A stretch of DNA of 62,454 nt, counting the filler, from Chiloscyllium plagiosum (lineage: Eukaryota), in the NCBI RefSeq assembly GCF_004010195.1. It is 3 parts of one record of this genome, joined end to end, with 100 filler letters (N's around TTAATTAATTAA, not from the genome) between each part and the next. Parts side by side here need not be neighbours in the genome. Positions count along the whole stretch, not along the records: positions 1 to 30,461 come from NC_057710.1; positions 30,562 to 44,684 come from NC_057710.1; 1 more part is not named here. One strand, given 5' to 3'. The notes below the pieces were generated by a model that had not been told where the DNA came from, made no database searches, and saw only the letters and a program-made list of their open reading frames with translations. This document shows, piece by piece, positions 23,794-35,782 of the stretch. Both the position numbers and the translations under genes were made by a program. Numbering within the stretch: the first letter of the stretch is position 1; every line of letters starts with the position of its first letter.

Positions 23794-24841
23794 GGTAAAA
23801 ACAAGAGCTGCAGAAGCTGGAAACCAGATCCTAGGTTAGAGTGGTGCTGGAAAAGCACAGCATCTGAGAAGTAGGAAAATCGACATTTCGGGCAAAAGCT
23901 CTTCATCAGGAATAGAGGCAGAATGCCTGAAGGGTGGAGAGATAAATGAGAGGAGGGTGGGAATGGGGCGAAAGTAGCATAGAATACAATAGGTGAATGG
24001 GGGTGGGGATGGAGGTGATAGGTCAGGGAGGATGGTGGGGAAAGGTAGCAAAGAGTACAATGGGTGAATGGGGGTGGAGATGGAGGTGAAAGGTCAGGGA
24101 GGAGGTGGGGGAAGGTAGCAAAGAGAACATTGGGTGAATGGAAGTGGAGATGGAGGTGATAGGTCAGGGTGGAGGGTGGGGAAGGTAGCAAAGAGNNNNN
24201 NNNNNNNNNNNNNNNNNNNNNNNNNNNNNNNNNNNNNNNNNNNNNNNNNNNNNNNNNNNNNNNNNNNNNNNNNNNNNNNNNNNNNNNNNNNNNNNNNNNN
24301 NNNNNNNNNNNNNNNNNNNNNNNNNNNNNNNNNNNNNNNNNNNNNNNNNNNNNNNNNNNNNNNNNNNNNNNNNNNNNNNNNNNNNNNNNNNNNNNNNNNN
24401 NNNNNNNNNNNNNNNNNNNNNNNNNNNNNNNNNNNNNNNNNNNNNNNNNNNNNNNNNNNNNNNNNNNNNNNNNNNNNNNNNNNNNNNNNNNNNNNNNNNN
24501 NNNNNNNNNNNNNNNNNNNNNNNNNNNNNNNNNNNNNNNNNNNNNNNNNNNNNNNNNNNNNNNNNNNNNNNNNNAGGTAGTCACGGAGGGAATGGTCTTT
24601 GCAGAAAGCGGATAAGGGTGGGGAGGGAAATATATCCCTGGTGGTGGGGTCCGTTTGGAGGTGGCGGAAATGTCGTTGGATGATTTGGCTCCCCACCCCC
24701 ACCCTCCTCTCATTTATCTCTCCACCCTGCAGGCACTCTGCCTCTATTCCTGATGAAAGGCTTTTGCCTGAAACGTCGAGTTTTCCTGCTCCTCGGATGC
24801 TGCCTGAACTGCTGTGCTTTTCCAGCACCACTCTAACCTAG
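23794..24841. mobile_element. PLE insertion with an inverted terminal arm, two hammerheads, a tandem repeat of about 65-70 nt and an N gap
   Basis: TSD AAAT(T/G)AGTTTGTTCA at 23779-23793 / 24842-24856; minus-strand IIQRHFRHLQTDPTTRDIFPSPPLSAF..D.SLRDY (PLE linker); arm 24688-24841 is inverted relative to 23828-23965. Confidence 0.88.
24746..24781 (+). ncRNA. Minimal type-I hammerhead ribozyme (best-paired copy)
   Basis: AUUC-CUGAUGA-A-AGGC-UUUU-GCCU-GAAA-CGUC^GAGU; predicted cleavage after 24777. Confidence 0.78.
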
Positions 24842-25390
24842 AAATGAGTTTGTTCACTCTATCCTCCTAGCTAATACCCTCAAAGCCAGGCAACATCCTG
24901 ATAGACCTTTTCATTATCCTTTCCAGGCCTGTGTGATGGCCAGAATTGGATGCAATATTCGAAATGTGGCCAAAACTAAAGTTCAATACAGCTGCAACAT
25001 GACTTGCCAATTTTTATGCTCCGTGCCTCAAACAATGAAGGCAAGCATAGCACATGCCTCTTGACCACCTTATCCACTTGTGTAGCCATTTTCAGGAACC
25101 TGTGGACCTGTACACTTAGATCCTTCTCTACATTGATACTTCTAACGGTTATGGTATTTACTGTATATTTCTGTCCTGCATTAGATCTTCCAAAATGCAT
25201 CACCTCACATTTATCTCCATCTGCCATTTCTCCACCCAAATCTCCAACCTATCTACTGTATATCCTGCTGTGCTCTTGGTAATCCTCTTCACTATCAGCT
25301 GCTCCCCCAATCTTTGTGTCATTTGCAAACTTACTAATTAGACCGCCTACATCGTCTTCCAATTCAGTTGTACGTATATTACAAGCAACA

Positions 25391-25770
25391 GGGAGGAAGT
25401 GATGGCCCAGTGCTATTGTTATAAGACTGTTGTTGCAGAGACCCAGGTAATGTTCTGTGGACCTGGGTTCGAATTCTGCCATAGTAGATGGTGGAATTTG
25501 AATTCCATAAAAAAAAAATCTGGAATTGAAAGTTTATTGGTGACCATTAACTCATTGTCAAATGTCAGTAAAAGCCCATTTGTTCCACTGATGCTTTTTA
25601 GGGAAGGAAACTGCCACCTTTACTGAGTTTGACCGACATGTGACTCCTGACCCACAGCAATGTGGTTGACTTTCAATTGCTTCCAACTGGGAAATTAGGG
25701 CTAGGCAGGAAATGCTGGCCTAGACAACAACACTCACATCCTGGGAATGAACAATAGAGAAAAAAAAAAT
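25391..25770 (+). mobile_element. tRNA-derived SINE (family B), full length
   Basis: B box GGGTTCGAATTC; tail AAATGCTGGCCTAG..CACATCC..AATGAA plus poly-A. Confidence 0.82.
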
Positions 25771-26231
25771 CAGGCATCCCATGCTGAACTTCTGAGGAAC
25801 CCCACTGGCCGCAGATCTCCAGTCAGATAAACACCAATTCACTGCTACTCACTGCCTTCTATAACCAAGCCAGTTCTGTAATCCATCTTAGCAGTTCATC
25901 ATACATCCCATGTGACTACACCTGCTGTATCAGACTGCCATGAGGACAGTGTGGACAACATCTACCACCCTGCCCTCATCAATCAATTAGTGATGAGAAG
26001 TGGGTATGTAATGGATTTGGGAAGAAGGAAGAGCTAAATTAAGACATGATGAAAGCTTGGAATAGGTTCTTGAGGTTCTAAGCCAATAGTGGGATTTAAG
26101 ACTTTTATGTAGGTCAAATAGAAAACTGATGCACTGATATTAGCTGCACTCTAGAGGGTGGATATTACATAGTTGGGGGTCAGTATATTGTTCAGCACAA
26201 CCCTGATACAAAAGTCAGTTGCTATATAAGG

Positions 26232-26321
26232 CTAAAAATCACACAACACCAGGTTATAGTCCAACAGGTTTAATTGGAAGCACACTAGTTTTCAGTCCAA
26301 CACCAGCATCTCCAAATCATG
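26232..26321. mobile_element. PLE-derived short element (family 2), truncated
   Basis: TSD GCTATATAAGG at 26221-26231 / 26322-26332; AAAAATCACACAACACCAGG..TTTAATTGGAAGCAC as at 21100. Confidence 0.75.
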
Positions 26322-27314
26322 GCTATATAAGGGAATAGTTCAGAAAGGGCTAACTTTGGAAACTGAATTAAACTCAACCCAATTTGATGATATCATACAG
26401 ACTTATAGGGGGAATATAGAATCCAGCTTCAGATCCTAACGGATATAGGTGTGTCATCATTATCTACTGATCGATAGTCTTCGTTATGATGTTTAACTTG
26501 ACATTGTAACTTGTGCATAATACATTGTGTTAAGACTCTTTTCATCAAGACACAATAGTGATTTATCCCCTATCACTATTCGCCCTTAGAACAAATATAG
26601 AGGGGTCAGAGGAAGGCAACATCTTACCCAAACATTAACGGGTAATTGGTTCCACAGCACATGCACCATGATGATCAATGGTGGATTTGTCATTTAACTG
26701 TCACAAGGGTGGAAAGTAATTTCTGAAGGCAAGTGGGTTTACTGCTTTAAATATTTCAGTGCTTTAAGAATCAGTCAGCAGCTGCAAATCCCTGAACGAA
26801 CAAGCAATCAGCTGAACTCATAGAAGGAAAACTAAGGTAGAGAGAGATAGTTTTAAAAAAAAAGATAGAAGATCTTTAAGATGAGATAAGAATAGGAAAT
26901 CAGTAACTTAAATCTCTGAGTTGGCAGCAAGATTTATAAACACTACAAACATAAAGCTTTATTTTGAAAATAGTAGAGAGGGAGATGCATTGTACATTGG
27001 GATGTGACTGGTGGAAAATATTCTGTCTGGACAATGCAGAAAACTTTATCTTTCCTGCAAGTAATGAGACAACACAGGGCAAGAAACCACCATTTCATCC
27101 ATGAGTGGGTAGGAAAACTATCAGTAAACAGCACAGAGATGCAGAATTTTTATTTCACAGAATTTACAGCTCTCTTAGAAGAAAGTAATATAACATTGCT
27201 ATCCTGACTGCTTTAAAGGTAGGCCATTTGGCCCCTTGAACCAGCTCTACATATCGACACAATCATGGATGATCTGATTGTACCGGCTATTCTTGTTTCT
27301 GACTCCCTTACGCA

Positions 27315-27965
27315 AAGAACATAAGAACCAGGAGCAGGAGTAGGGCATCTGGCCCCTCCAGACCTACTCCACCATTCAATAAGGCCATCGATGATCTTTT
27401 CATTGACTCAGCTCCAATTATCTGCCCGCTCACCATAACTCTTAATTCCATTACTGTTAAAAAATCTATCTTTACCTTAAAGACATTCAGCGAGGTCGAT
27501 TCAACTGCTTCACTGGGTAGGAATTCCACAGATTCACAACCTTTTGGAAGAAGAACTTCCCCCTCAACTCAGTCCTAAATCTGCTCCCCGTTATTTTGAG
27601 CTATGCCCCCTTGTTCTAATTTCACCAGTCAGTGGAAACAGCCTCCCTGTTTTGATACTAACTATTCCCTTCATGATTTTATATGTTTCGATAAGATCCT
27701 CCTTTATTCCTCTAAATTCCAATGAATGCAGTCCCAGTCTACTCAATCTCTCCTCATAAGCCAATTGTCTCAACTCCAGAATCAGGCCTCATTCCTGATG
27801 AAGGGCTTTTCCTGTTCCTCGGATGCTACCTGACCTGCTGTGCTTTTCCAGTCTACCACTCTAATCTCAACTCCAGAATCAACCTAGTGAACCTCCTCTG
27901 TGCTCCCTCCAGTGCCAGTACATCCTTTCTCAAGTAAGGAGACCAAATCTGTAGACAATACTTGC
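27315..27965 (-). mobile_element. CR1 3' fragment
   Basis: AYEERLSRLGLHSLEFR..DLIETYKIMKG..TRGHS. Confidence 0.85.
27785..27864 (+). mobile_element. PLE-derived mini-element with an internally deleted hammerhead
   Basis: TSD TCTCAACTCCAGAATCA at 27768-27784 / 27865-27881; CTGATGAAGGGCTTTT followed by loss of GCCCGAAACGTC. Confidence 0.82.
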
Positions 27966-28233
27966 TCATCATGAATCCATCCAATACAGCGTTAAAAATA
28001 TAAATTCATGCAGACCCCATGAATAACTAAAAAGAAATCTAGCATGGCTGCAAACATGGCTGTAATGATTTAATACACAGGACCAGACTGATGGTAGGAT
28101 ACTGTATACTTCCAGATGTGCTATCAGTGAGATGGGCATAATAGCAGAGAGCATCGAATGGTGAGACACAGCAAATAAGGATGGTGGTGCATGACATGCA
28201 ATTGATCATGAATGAACAGGCAGTTCTGTCATA

Positions 28234-28355
28234 CTAGGAGAAAGTGAGGACTGCAGATGCTGGAGATCAGAGTTGAGACTTTAGTGCTGGAAAAGCACAG
28301 CAGGTCAGGTAGCATCTGAGGGTCAGGACAATCAATGTTTCGGGCAAAAGCCCTC
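28234..28355 (-). mobile_element. PLE-derived short element, truncated inside the hammerhead
   Basis: CTAGGAGAAAGTGAGGACTGCAGATGC...TTTCGGGCAAAAGCCCT. Confidence 0.82.
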
Positions 28356-29829
28356 CATTGCTCTGATAGCTTTGGTGAGAACTCAGGCACTGGGACAACT
28401 TGTTCTGAGTTGCAGCCTCTCTTCTGGCCTTCCAAGCATATGTTTTGGAGTTCTGAGTAGCCCATCACATCCTCAGTCAAAACAAGACGGTGCAAGTGCA
28501 GCTCCTGGGCAGTGGTACTGACTCCATGGAAGAAGCTAGCAGGCATGAAGGCACTCAATAAACACACGTCCTTTCTTCTTCCTTTCGCCCATACTTCATT
28601 TCATAATCACAGAGGTGATAGCAAAATCTGGAAAAGTATAATAAATAAAGTAGTCATGAGTAATAAAGAAGAGTTCATTATGCCTGGTCATGCTTTGCTG
28701 TGTCATTTTCTGGATTAATGCTTCGAATGCCTTATGGCTGATGGGCCTTTGTGCTTTCCATGTAATTAAGACTCTAGGTACCTCTGTCAGGAAGAGTAAG
28801 CCCTTTGAGTGAATTCAACAAAGAATGGTAACAAAGTAGCAATTTATATGCTATTAATATTGAATTGGAAATTTCAGTAAAATAAGCTTTATCCATTTGT
28901 TATTCCATTCATTAAGATATGAAACTGTTAGCTCTGGAAAAGGGTTGAACTAATTGAGATCTTGGGCATATCCAAAGGGAACTGTGTAGTTGAATTCCAT
29001 GTTCAAAATATGAAGCATACCTCTGAGTCAGCAGCAGTTTCTAATCTAAGACAAGTGAAAATGTTGCATTGCAGATTTCATTTTGCTTGCTAATGTTGTG
29101 GATAACGTGTTCTGAGCTGAGGTTAAGGTTGCTTCTATTTCTTTTATTGGTGTGTAGAATAACAGCAGATAAATAGTTAACTTATTACTCTCATTACTCC
29201 TATAAGGAATGTTTATTAGACCTCACATCTGGACCTAAAGATAGATTTTATGAGTTAAGGTTCCTGAGGTAGAATTTTGCTCAATATTGGAGCTGAGGAT
29301 TGACATTTCGAACCACTTTTTGTAGCTCCAATGAGTGAGAGTGTCAACGGTTCAAAGGGCTTACATTCACTGAAAGCAACAAGTGAATTAATGAATTGAA
29401 AAAAACATAGACTGTGTGACCAACAGATTTTACCCTAATGATGTCATCTGCACCTTTTGCTAGGAATAAAATATTAAACATGAGGAGTTTGGCAGCTGAA
29501 ATTAATGTGCTTGATATCACTTTGTTGGAAATACAAACCAAGTTATATTTGATTAACAGTGATATAACTGATGAGCGATTTTTCCTTAACCACATAAACA
29601 GAATGCAATTACAGTATTATCAGGTGGAACATAAAACAGCGGGGAATTAATTACATCAATACAGAACTGAAATTTGGTCTCAATAATGAAGCTTCTGTTA
29701 AAGATATTTTGTTGAAATGCTGCCTCAACCATTGTCTCAGGCAGTGAATTCCACAACTCTCCTGTTCCCTGGGCAAATCGAATGTTTCCTTATATGCCCT
29801 CTCATACTTCCTGCAGCTACTTTAAATCA

Positions 29830-30110
29830 CAAGATATGGGTGTCAGTGGCTAAGCCAGTATGTATTGCTCATCCCTAAAATGCAGGGATTGCTGTGGATC
29901 TATAGGCCAGACCAGGTAAGGATGGCAGATTCCTTCCCGAAAGGACACTAGCAAACTCCGGATGGGCCTTTTCAGTAATTGACAATGTTTTCACAATCAT
30001 TATTAGACTCTGAATTCCATCTATTTTTATTGAATTCAAATTCCACCAGCTGCCATGACAGGGTTAGAACCCAGGAACTTAGAACATTGCCTTCTCAATT
30101 AGTCACCACT
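29830..30110 (-). mobile_element. tRNA-derived SINE (family B)
   Basis: GGCCAGACCAGGTAAGGATGGCAG..GAATTCAAATTCCACCAGCTGCCATG. Confidence 0.75.
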
Positions 30111-30239
30111 AAGTCTGTTACATTCCATGGACAACACCCTCAACCTTTCCAATCTAGTCTTGGGTAAAGCTTTCCAGGCTTGACAATATTCTTGTAAAAC
30201 TCCTCCGTACCCTCAGCTTGTCATGATGCAGGTGATGTC

Positions 30240-30461
30240 TTCATTTCCAACAGCCGCCGGGACATTAACCGCCTCAACCTGTCTACCCCCCTCCCCCACT
30301 CCAACCTCTCACCTTCACAACACGCCACCCTCCAATCCCTCTGCTCCAATCCCAACCTCACCATCAAGCCAGCAGATAAAGGGGGTGCAGTGGTAGTCTG
30401 GCACACTGACCTCTACACCGCTGAAGCCAAACGCCAACTGGAGGACACCTCTTCCTACCGC
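30240..30461 (+). mobile_element. PLE ORF fragment (N-terminal DKG region), cut by the linker
   Basis: SNLSPSQHATLQSLCSNPNLTIKPADKGGAVVVWHTDLYTAEAKRQLEDTSSY. Confidence 0.88.
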
Positions 30462-30561
30462 NNNNNNNNNNNNNNNNNNNNNNNNNNNNNNNNNNNNNNN
30501 NNNNNTTAATTAATTAANNNNNNNNNNNNNNNNNNNNNNNNNNNNNNNNNNNNNNNNNNNN
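30462..30561. other. Artificial contig linker
   Basis: N44 + TTAATTAATTAA (stops in all six frames) + N44 = 100 nt. Confidence 0.95.
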
Positions 30562-30724
30562 TTGGCGAGATGTGGATTTGAATTGCGCAAGATGTTCTGC
30601 AAGGCCCATAGAACATAGAACAGCATGGGAACAAGCTGTTTGGCTCACCATGTCTGTGCCAACCATGATGCCATTCTTAAATATAACCGCTTGCCTGTAC
30701 ATGGTTGTTTTAAAAAATTCTTAA

Positions 30725-31184
30725 GGTCAAGGACCAGGCTCGCAGGAAAGTAGTCTGACACCGAACAAACAGCCAAGAGGCGAGTCTGCTAGAATATAAG
30801 TGTTTTATTCCCCGCAGCGTCGCCACAACCAGGTCTCGTACTTACAACGGGTCTGGTTTATACTCACTCTTCGTGTTACCGGAACTGGGAGCCGTCAGTT
30901 CTCGTAGAGCGGTTGCCAACAACCCACGCTCGGCGGTTAACCGCAACCCCGGAGCAGACTCTACCGAACTGGAGACTTTTCCAGCTGATATACTCTTTTC
31001 GAGATCTAAACATTCATGTGAACAGCAGAGCAAGGCTGAAAAACACATTCCATTCTGGTCACATACAGATAAGAAGATTCACACGGGAAGGTGTGCAATA
31101 AGATTCACACGGGACTAAGCGACACCTTCCATTTTCGGTTAGATTCACACATGTATTGGGACACAATTTTAACCCTTTCACCAC
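30725..31184 (-). mobile_element. CpG-rich solo-LTR-like element
   Basis: Minus strand starts TGTGGTGAAAG; three AGATTCACAC repeats; TATATC at 30987-30992; AATAAA at 30804-30809; no clean TSD. Confidence 0.6.
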
Positions 31185-31673
31185 AGTTAGCTAGGTTGAC
31201 TACTAGATTTTAAAACAGACAAAACTTTATTCACCAAATTACACAATGAAACACAAAGAACAGATTAAAGAACCCCTCCAGAACTCAGTTTATCCAAACT
31301 AGACTTAATTATGCTGTTCCGAATATCCACAACAGTCCCAATAAGAAACTCCCTTTAAAAACCAGTATAAATGGAATACATTCTTACAGGTTGAAGCTGA
31401 AGGGCAGAAAGAGAGAGAGTTTCCACATAGCTGACTATTGAACTCCTTACCAGTTCAGACTGAACTAAACTGCCCAGCTAGAGAGCTGACCACTCCCCTT
31501 TCTTTATAGAGGTTACATCTAAAACATGACCACTTTGGCCTTTTCATCTCTGTACCAAACTAGTCTGATTGGAGTCTGGCCTGGTTTATTACCCCTCTGA
31601 GAAAAATCAAGGACAGAGTATCCTTAAGCCAAAGAACAGTTTTTAGAAGAAAAAATTGATTAGTTTTGTGACA
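31185..31673 (-). mobile_element. Second solo-LTR-like element, possibly the host of 30725-31184
   Basis: Minus strand starts TGTCACAAAAC; TATAAA at ~31503-31508; AATAAA at ~31226-31231. Confidence 0.55.
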
Positions 31674-32714
31674 TGCGTGATTTTCAACTTTGTACACCCC
31701 AGTCCAACACTGGCACCTCCAAATCATGACAATTCTCATTGCCTCTCTCAGGATTCTATGTCTGCTGGACTCCCAATTCATCCCAATTTGTCTTGATACA
31801 CACACTCTTGTTTCTTTCTTCAGCCTCTGGACTGAGTAACTCCTCATCTCTGGTGATTTCAATCTTCACCTCAATGAACAATGTCCTTTTCTCTTCAGGA
31901 TTTGAATATTCCTGTCTCTTTGCAAACATAAATCATCCAGGGAGCCCACACATATCATCCTGACTTGGAAATATATTGCTGCTCCTCCATCATCTCTCCA
32001 ACTAAATCATGGAAGTTCCTCTATCACCTTCACAACATGGACAAAAGATGTTCAAGAACTGACTCAAGGACAGTATGTGCTGTGCTATAAATATTCTCTC
32101 TTGCTCAACACATCAACTCCCCATGAGCAAGTATATAAAAACCCTTGTGTTCTTTTAATGCCATATCTACTAGGTATGTGAGTGTACAGTTTTTCTTCTT
32201 GACACCTATACTAATTATTGCCAGAAAATATACCCTCTTCGCCACGACTTTTAAAAACTTCCATTTGTACCTTCTGCTCTAAAAAGAGAACCCTACCTTC
32301 AACCTCCCACAGTAAGTTACATTCTTTTGTCAGCCAAAGCCTTTGAACATTAACACAATCTGTGGAGCATGTCTTATTGAACTCCCCATCTATGATTATA
32401 TTTATTAAGTTTTACTGTCATCCCACAAGAACTCTAACCAAATCACATGTGACATCCTGTGACCATTGTGTACTACAAGCTCTTCATCCTCTTCAACTAG
32501 TCTGCAGCCATTGACATAGTCAATTAATGCTGACTGCCAGCTTGGAAAGATTGCCCTCGTATTCTTGGCTCTCCCCTTTCTTCATCGAGATACTTAACCT
32601 TTCTGACATGATCTGCAGAGTCACCTTCTACATGTACACTAATGGCTTAATCCTTACCTTTTGAACCTTTCCCTGTGAATAATATCTCGGTGGCATAAAA
32701 ACAAATGTTCAAAG

Positions 32715-33735
32715 CCACTAAACACTGCAAAGGCTATCAGCTGTAACAAGGTTTTGGTAAAGTAATGAAGGATTGTGCTCCAGAATTAGCTGCACCACTA
32801 GCCAAACTGTTCCAGTACAATTACAGCACTGGCAATTTGGAAAGATTGCCCAGCTATAACCTTGAAAAGTAGGACAAATGCAACCTGGCCAGTTGCAGTC
32901 CTCCATCTACTCTTAATCATGAGTGAAGTGAAGAGAATGCATGGTAAACAGCATTATCAAAAAGCAACTGCTCAGAAGTAGCCTGTTCACCGATATTTAG
33001 TCTCTGTTCTGTCATGCTTGACCTCATTATAGCCTTGGTCCAACCTGGGTCAAAAACAGTGAGCTCCAGAAAGGAGTTGACAGTGACTGCCCTTGATCGC
33101 AAGGCCGCATTTGATCATTTGTGGCACCAAGGAGTCCAAGAAAAAACAAAGTCAATGGGAATCAGGGGGAAAATGCTCCACTGGTTGAAGACAATGTAAC
33201 GATATGGCATAACTAACCTCCTAACATCTCAAAGACTGTCCACAATCTAAAATGCTCAAGTCAGAAGTGAGATAGACTATTTCCTAATTGCCTGGATCGG
33301 TTCAGATCCAAAATCACTGAAGAAGCTTGACACCATCCAAGATAAAATAGCCGACTTAACTGGTACAATTAACAAATCCACAACCCTCCACATTCACTTC
33401 CTACACCAAACACACACAGTGACAGCATTGTGTAACCTTTGCAAGATGCACTGCAGCATTTCACCTAGGCTCCTACAGAAATGCATTCCAAACCTCTGAC
33501 CTCTACCACGTTGAAATTATTGGAAACTCCACCAGCTGTAGTCCCCCTGCAAAATACACACCATCTTAACTTAGAATTATATTACTGTTTGTTTACTGTC
33601 GCTGGGTCAAAATCCTGGGACTCCCTCCCTAACCACTCTATGTACCTATACCCCAGTGAATCAAGAAAACATCTATCCACTGCCTTATCCTAGGCAATTA
33701 GGATGGATGATAAATGACACCCGCATGAATGTGTA
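32715..33735 (+). mobile_element. Decayed CR1 second-lineage RT and 3' tail
   Basis: APELAAPLAKLFQY; VTALDRKAAFDHLWHQG..K.KSMGIRGKMLHWL. Confidence 0.78.
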
Positions 33736-35039
33736 AAAATGATTGGCCGAGTCTAATCACACCATCTTGCCTCGCTGGCTTGCTGCCAGCACCAACCTTC
33801 TCGACTGTTTTAGGTTACACAAAACTGATTTCAAAAATATCATCCTATTTGATCCAAGTTCAGTTTTCAACTGTCATTCTTTCTTAACTGCCTTCTGAAA
33901 ATGTGTAGCAAGATATTCAGGTACAGGCAGCTCACCACAAAGACAACTTGGAATTGACAACAAATGTTAGCCTTGCCAGTGATGTCACTTCCTAAGAACA
34001 AATAATAATAATTTTAAAAAGAGCATTGTTTATGACAACCTCTAAGTTAGCATTGTCACTACTCTTACTTCACGTTCAATGCTGCTGACATCCTTATCCA
34101 GACCTTTGTTACCTCCAATCCAGGCTCTATTGAGCTCTATTGACTGACCTCCAATTATTCTCATCTATAAAATGTTATCGTACTAAAAGCTGCACTACCC
34201 TCCTTATCCTATCCTATTCCATGTCATATCTGTTCATCTTGTAACTGTATACTTTTAGCTGCATTAGTTCCTTGTCACCCAATGCTTCAAATTTAACATT
34301 TTAATCATACTGTAACTGTGCTTAGTTCTACATATGTCAACTTTTAGGACTCAATACTCCCTCAAATTTCCTTGCAACACTGAACAATGTGCACATCCTC
34401 CCTTTGTCTTCCCCCATTTATCTTAATGTTTAAGTTGTTGGGCAAAATCTTGCATTGATCTAAATGTGGCTGAAGCAGAAATGGACAGAATGCTCCTTAT
34501 GTTTTGCACTACCTCTTGCACACTCACTTGGAATGATAACCTCTTAGAAGTTGCCACTCTGGATAATATAAAGGTATGTGAGTTTAGGATTAAGGAGTGC
34601 TCAAAACATATCCATAAACTATCGTTGAGAGCTGAAGTGATATTATGCTGTTTGGCAACAAATTCAATTATCCAAAATACTGCAAGGGACTATAATGTTA
34701 TGCCCTATAAAAGTAGACAAAAGATTTGATGAGGTACAATGTGCAGCCTACAGCCCTTCGAGCAATCAAAAGCAGATCTTTAACCAACAAACTCTGATAG
34801 TTTATGTGAGATTGAAAGATGACACTTGATGTATTTTAAAGTAGGAATCAGTGTTAGCAGTTTTCTTTTGCTGGTTATTTTAATGATGGCAATTATTCTT
34901 TATTTTTAAATGGGTTGATGCCTGCTAAAACCATAAAGAATGTCAAATGAAGGTGTTAGGCGTCTTCTATTAATATTACAAGTTCCAGGCTTTACCTGCG
35001 GCAGATGTGAAGATAACTATTATGGGATTCACTGATACT

Positions 35040-35215
35040 TAATATTTAATTATTCAATGTCACACTCACCCATCACACATGTCCTTGCTGACCTACATTG
35101 GCTCCTAAAATCTAAGCATCTCTTAAATTTAAAATACTCATATTTATCTTCAAAATTTTGCATGGCCTTGACCCACCTTATCTCCATGACCCTATTCAAT
35201 CTTATGATACCCAGC
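35040..35215 (+). mobile_element. L2 LINE RT C-terminal fragment (related remnant at ~34075-34300)
   Basis: HSPITHVLADLHWL...FKIL, matching the L2 HITPVL..LHWL motif. Confidence 0.7.
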
Positions 35216-35431
35216 CACAACTACTGCCTCCTTCTCAACAGGTTTGCCAACACTACAGTCTCCAGAAATTAAACATTGATTTCACAGAAATTTCCCCAAG
35301 ACTCCTGTGAAAAAACAAATATCAGTTTCTTTCAACACCTGTCTACTCTTATTAATACTGATTGGAAATAGCCTCATTGCAGTCTGATAAAATAGAGGCA
35401 GAAAGACAAAATAGCTCACAATTGAGATGTT

Positions 35432-35782
35432 ACGGCATGGTGGGTCAATGGTTACCATTACTGCCTCACAATGCCAGGGACCTGGGTTCAATGGCAGTCT
35501 TGGATGACTGTCTATGTGGAGTTTGCATATTTCCCCTGTGGGTTTCTTCCAGGTGCTCCAGTTTCCTCTGACATCGAAAGATGTGCAGGTTAGGTTGACT
35601 GGCAATACTAAATTGCCTGTAATATCCAAGGATGTGCAGGCAAGGTGGATTAGCCATGGGAAATGCAGGGTTACAGGGTTAGGGTAGAGGGGTAGAGCTG
35701 GGTAGGATGCTATTTGGAGGGTTTGTATTGACTTGATGGGCTGAATGATTTGCTTCCATACTGTAGGGATTCTATGATTCTG
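35432..35782 (+). mobile_element. Diverged HE1-like SINE
   Basis: tRNA-like head, V-domain, GATTCTAT tail. Confidence 0.8.

Larger units (their letters stand above)
23435..25980 (-). mobile_element. Decayed CR1 (RT to 3' end) hosting PLE and SINE insertions
   Basis: KCEVMHFGR, SKFANDTKIGG, FTLRVV..N.LPEEVVEA. Confidence 0.82.

Noticed and set aside
23960..24195. CRISPR-like repeat array
   Set aside because: Contiguous tandem units with no unique spacers, eukaryotic context, no cas genes
23742..24831. Long ORFs of 148-323 aa
   Set aside because: Mostly N residues and low-complexity PLE repeats
26554..26580. 9-bp hairpin AATAGTGAT/ATCACTATT
   Set aside because: AT-rich and short; compatible with chance in 62 kb
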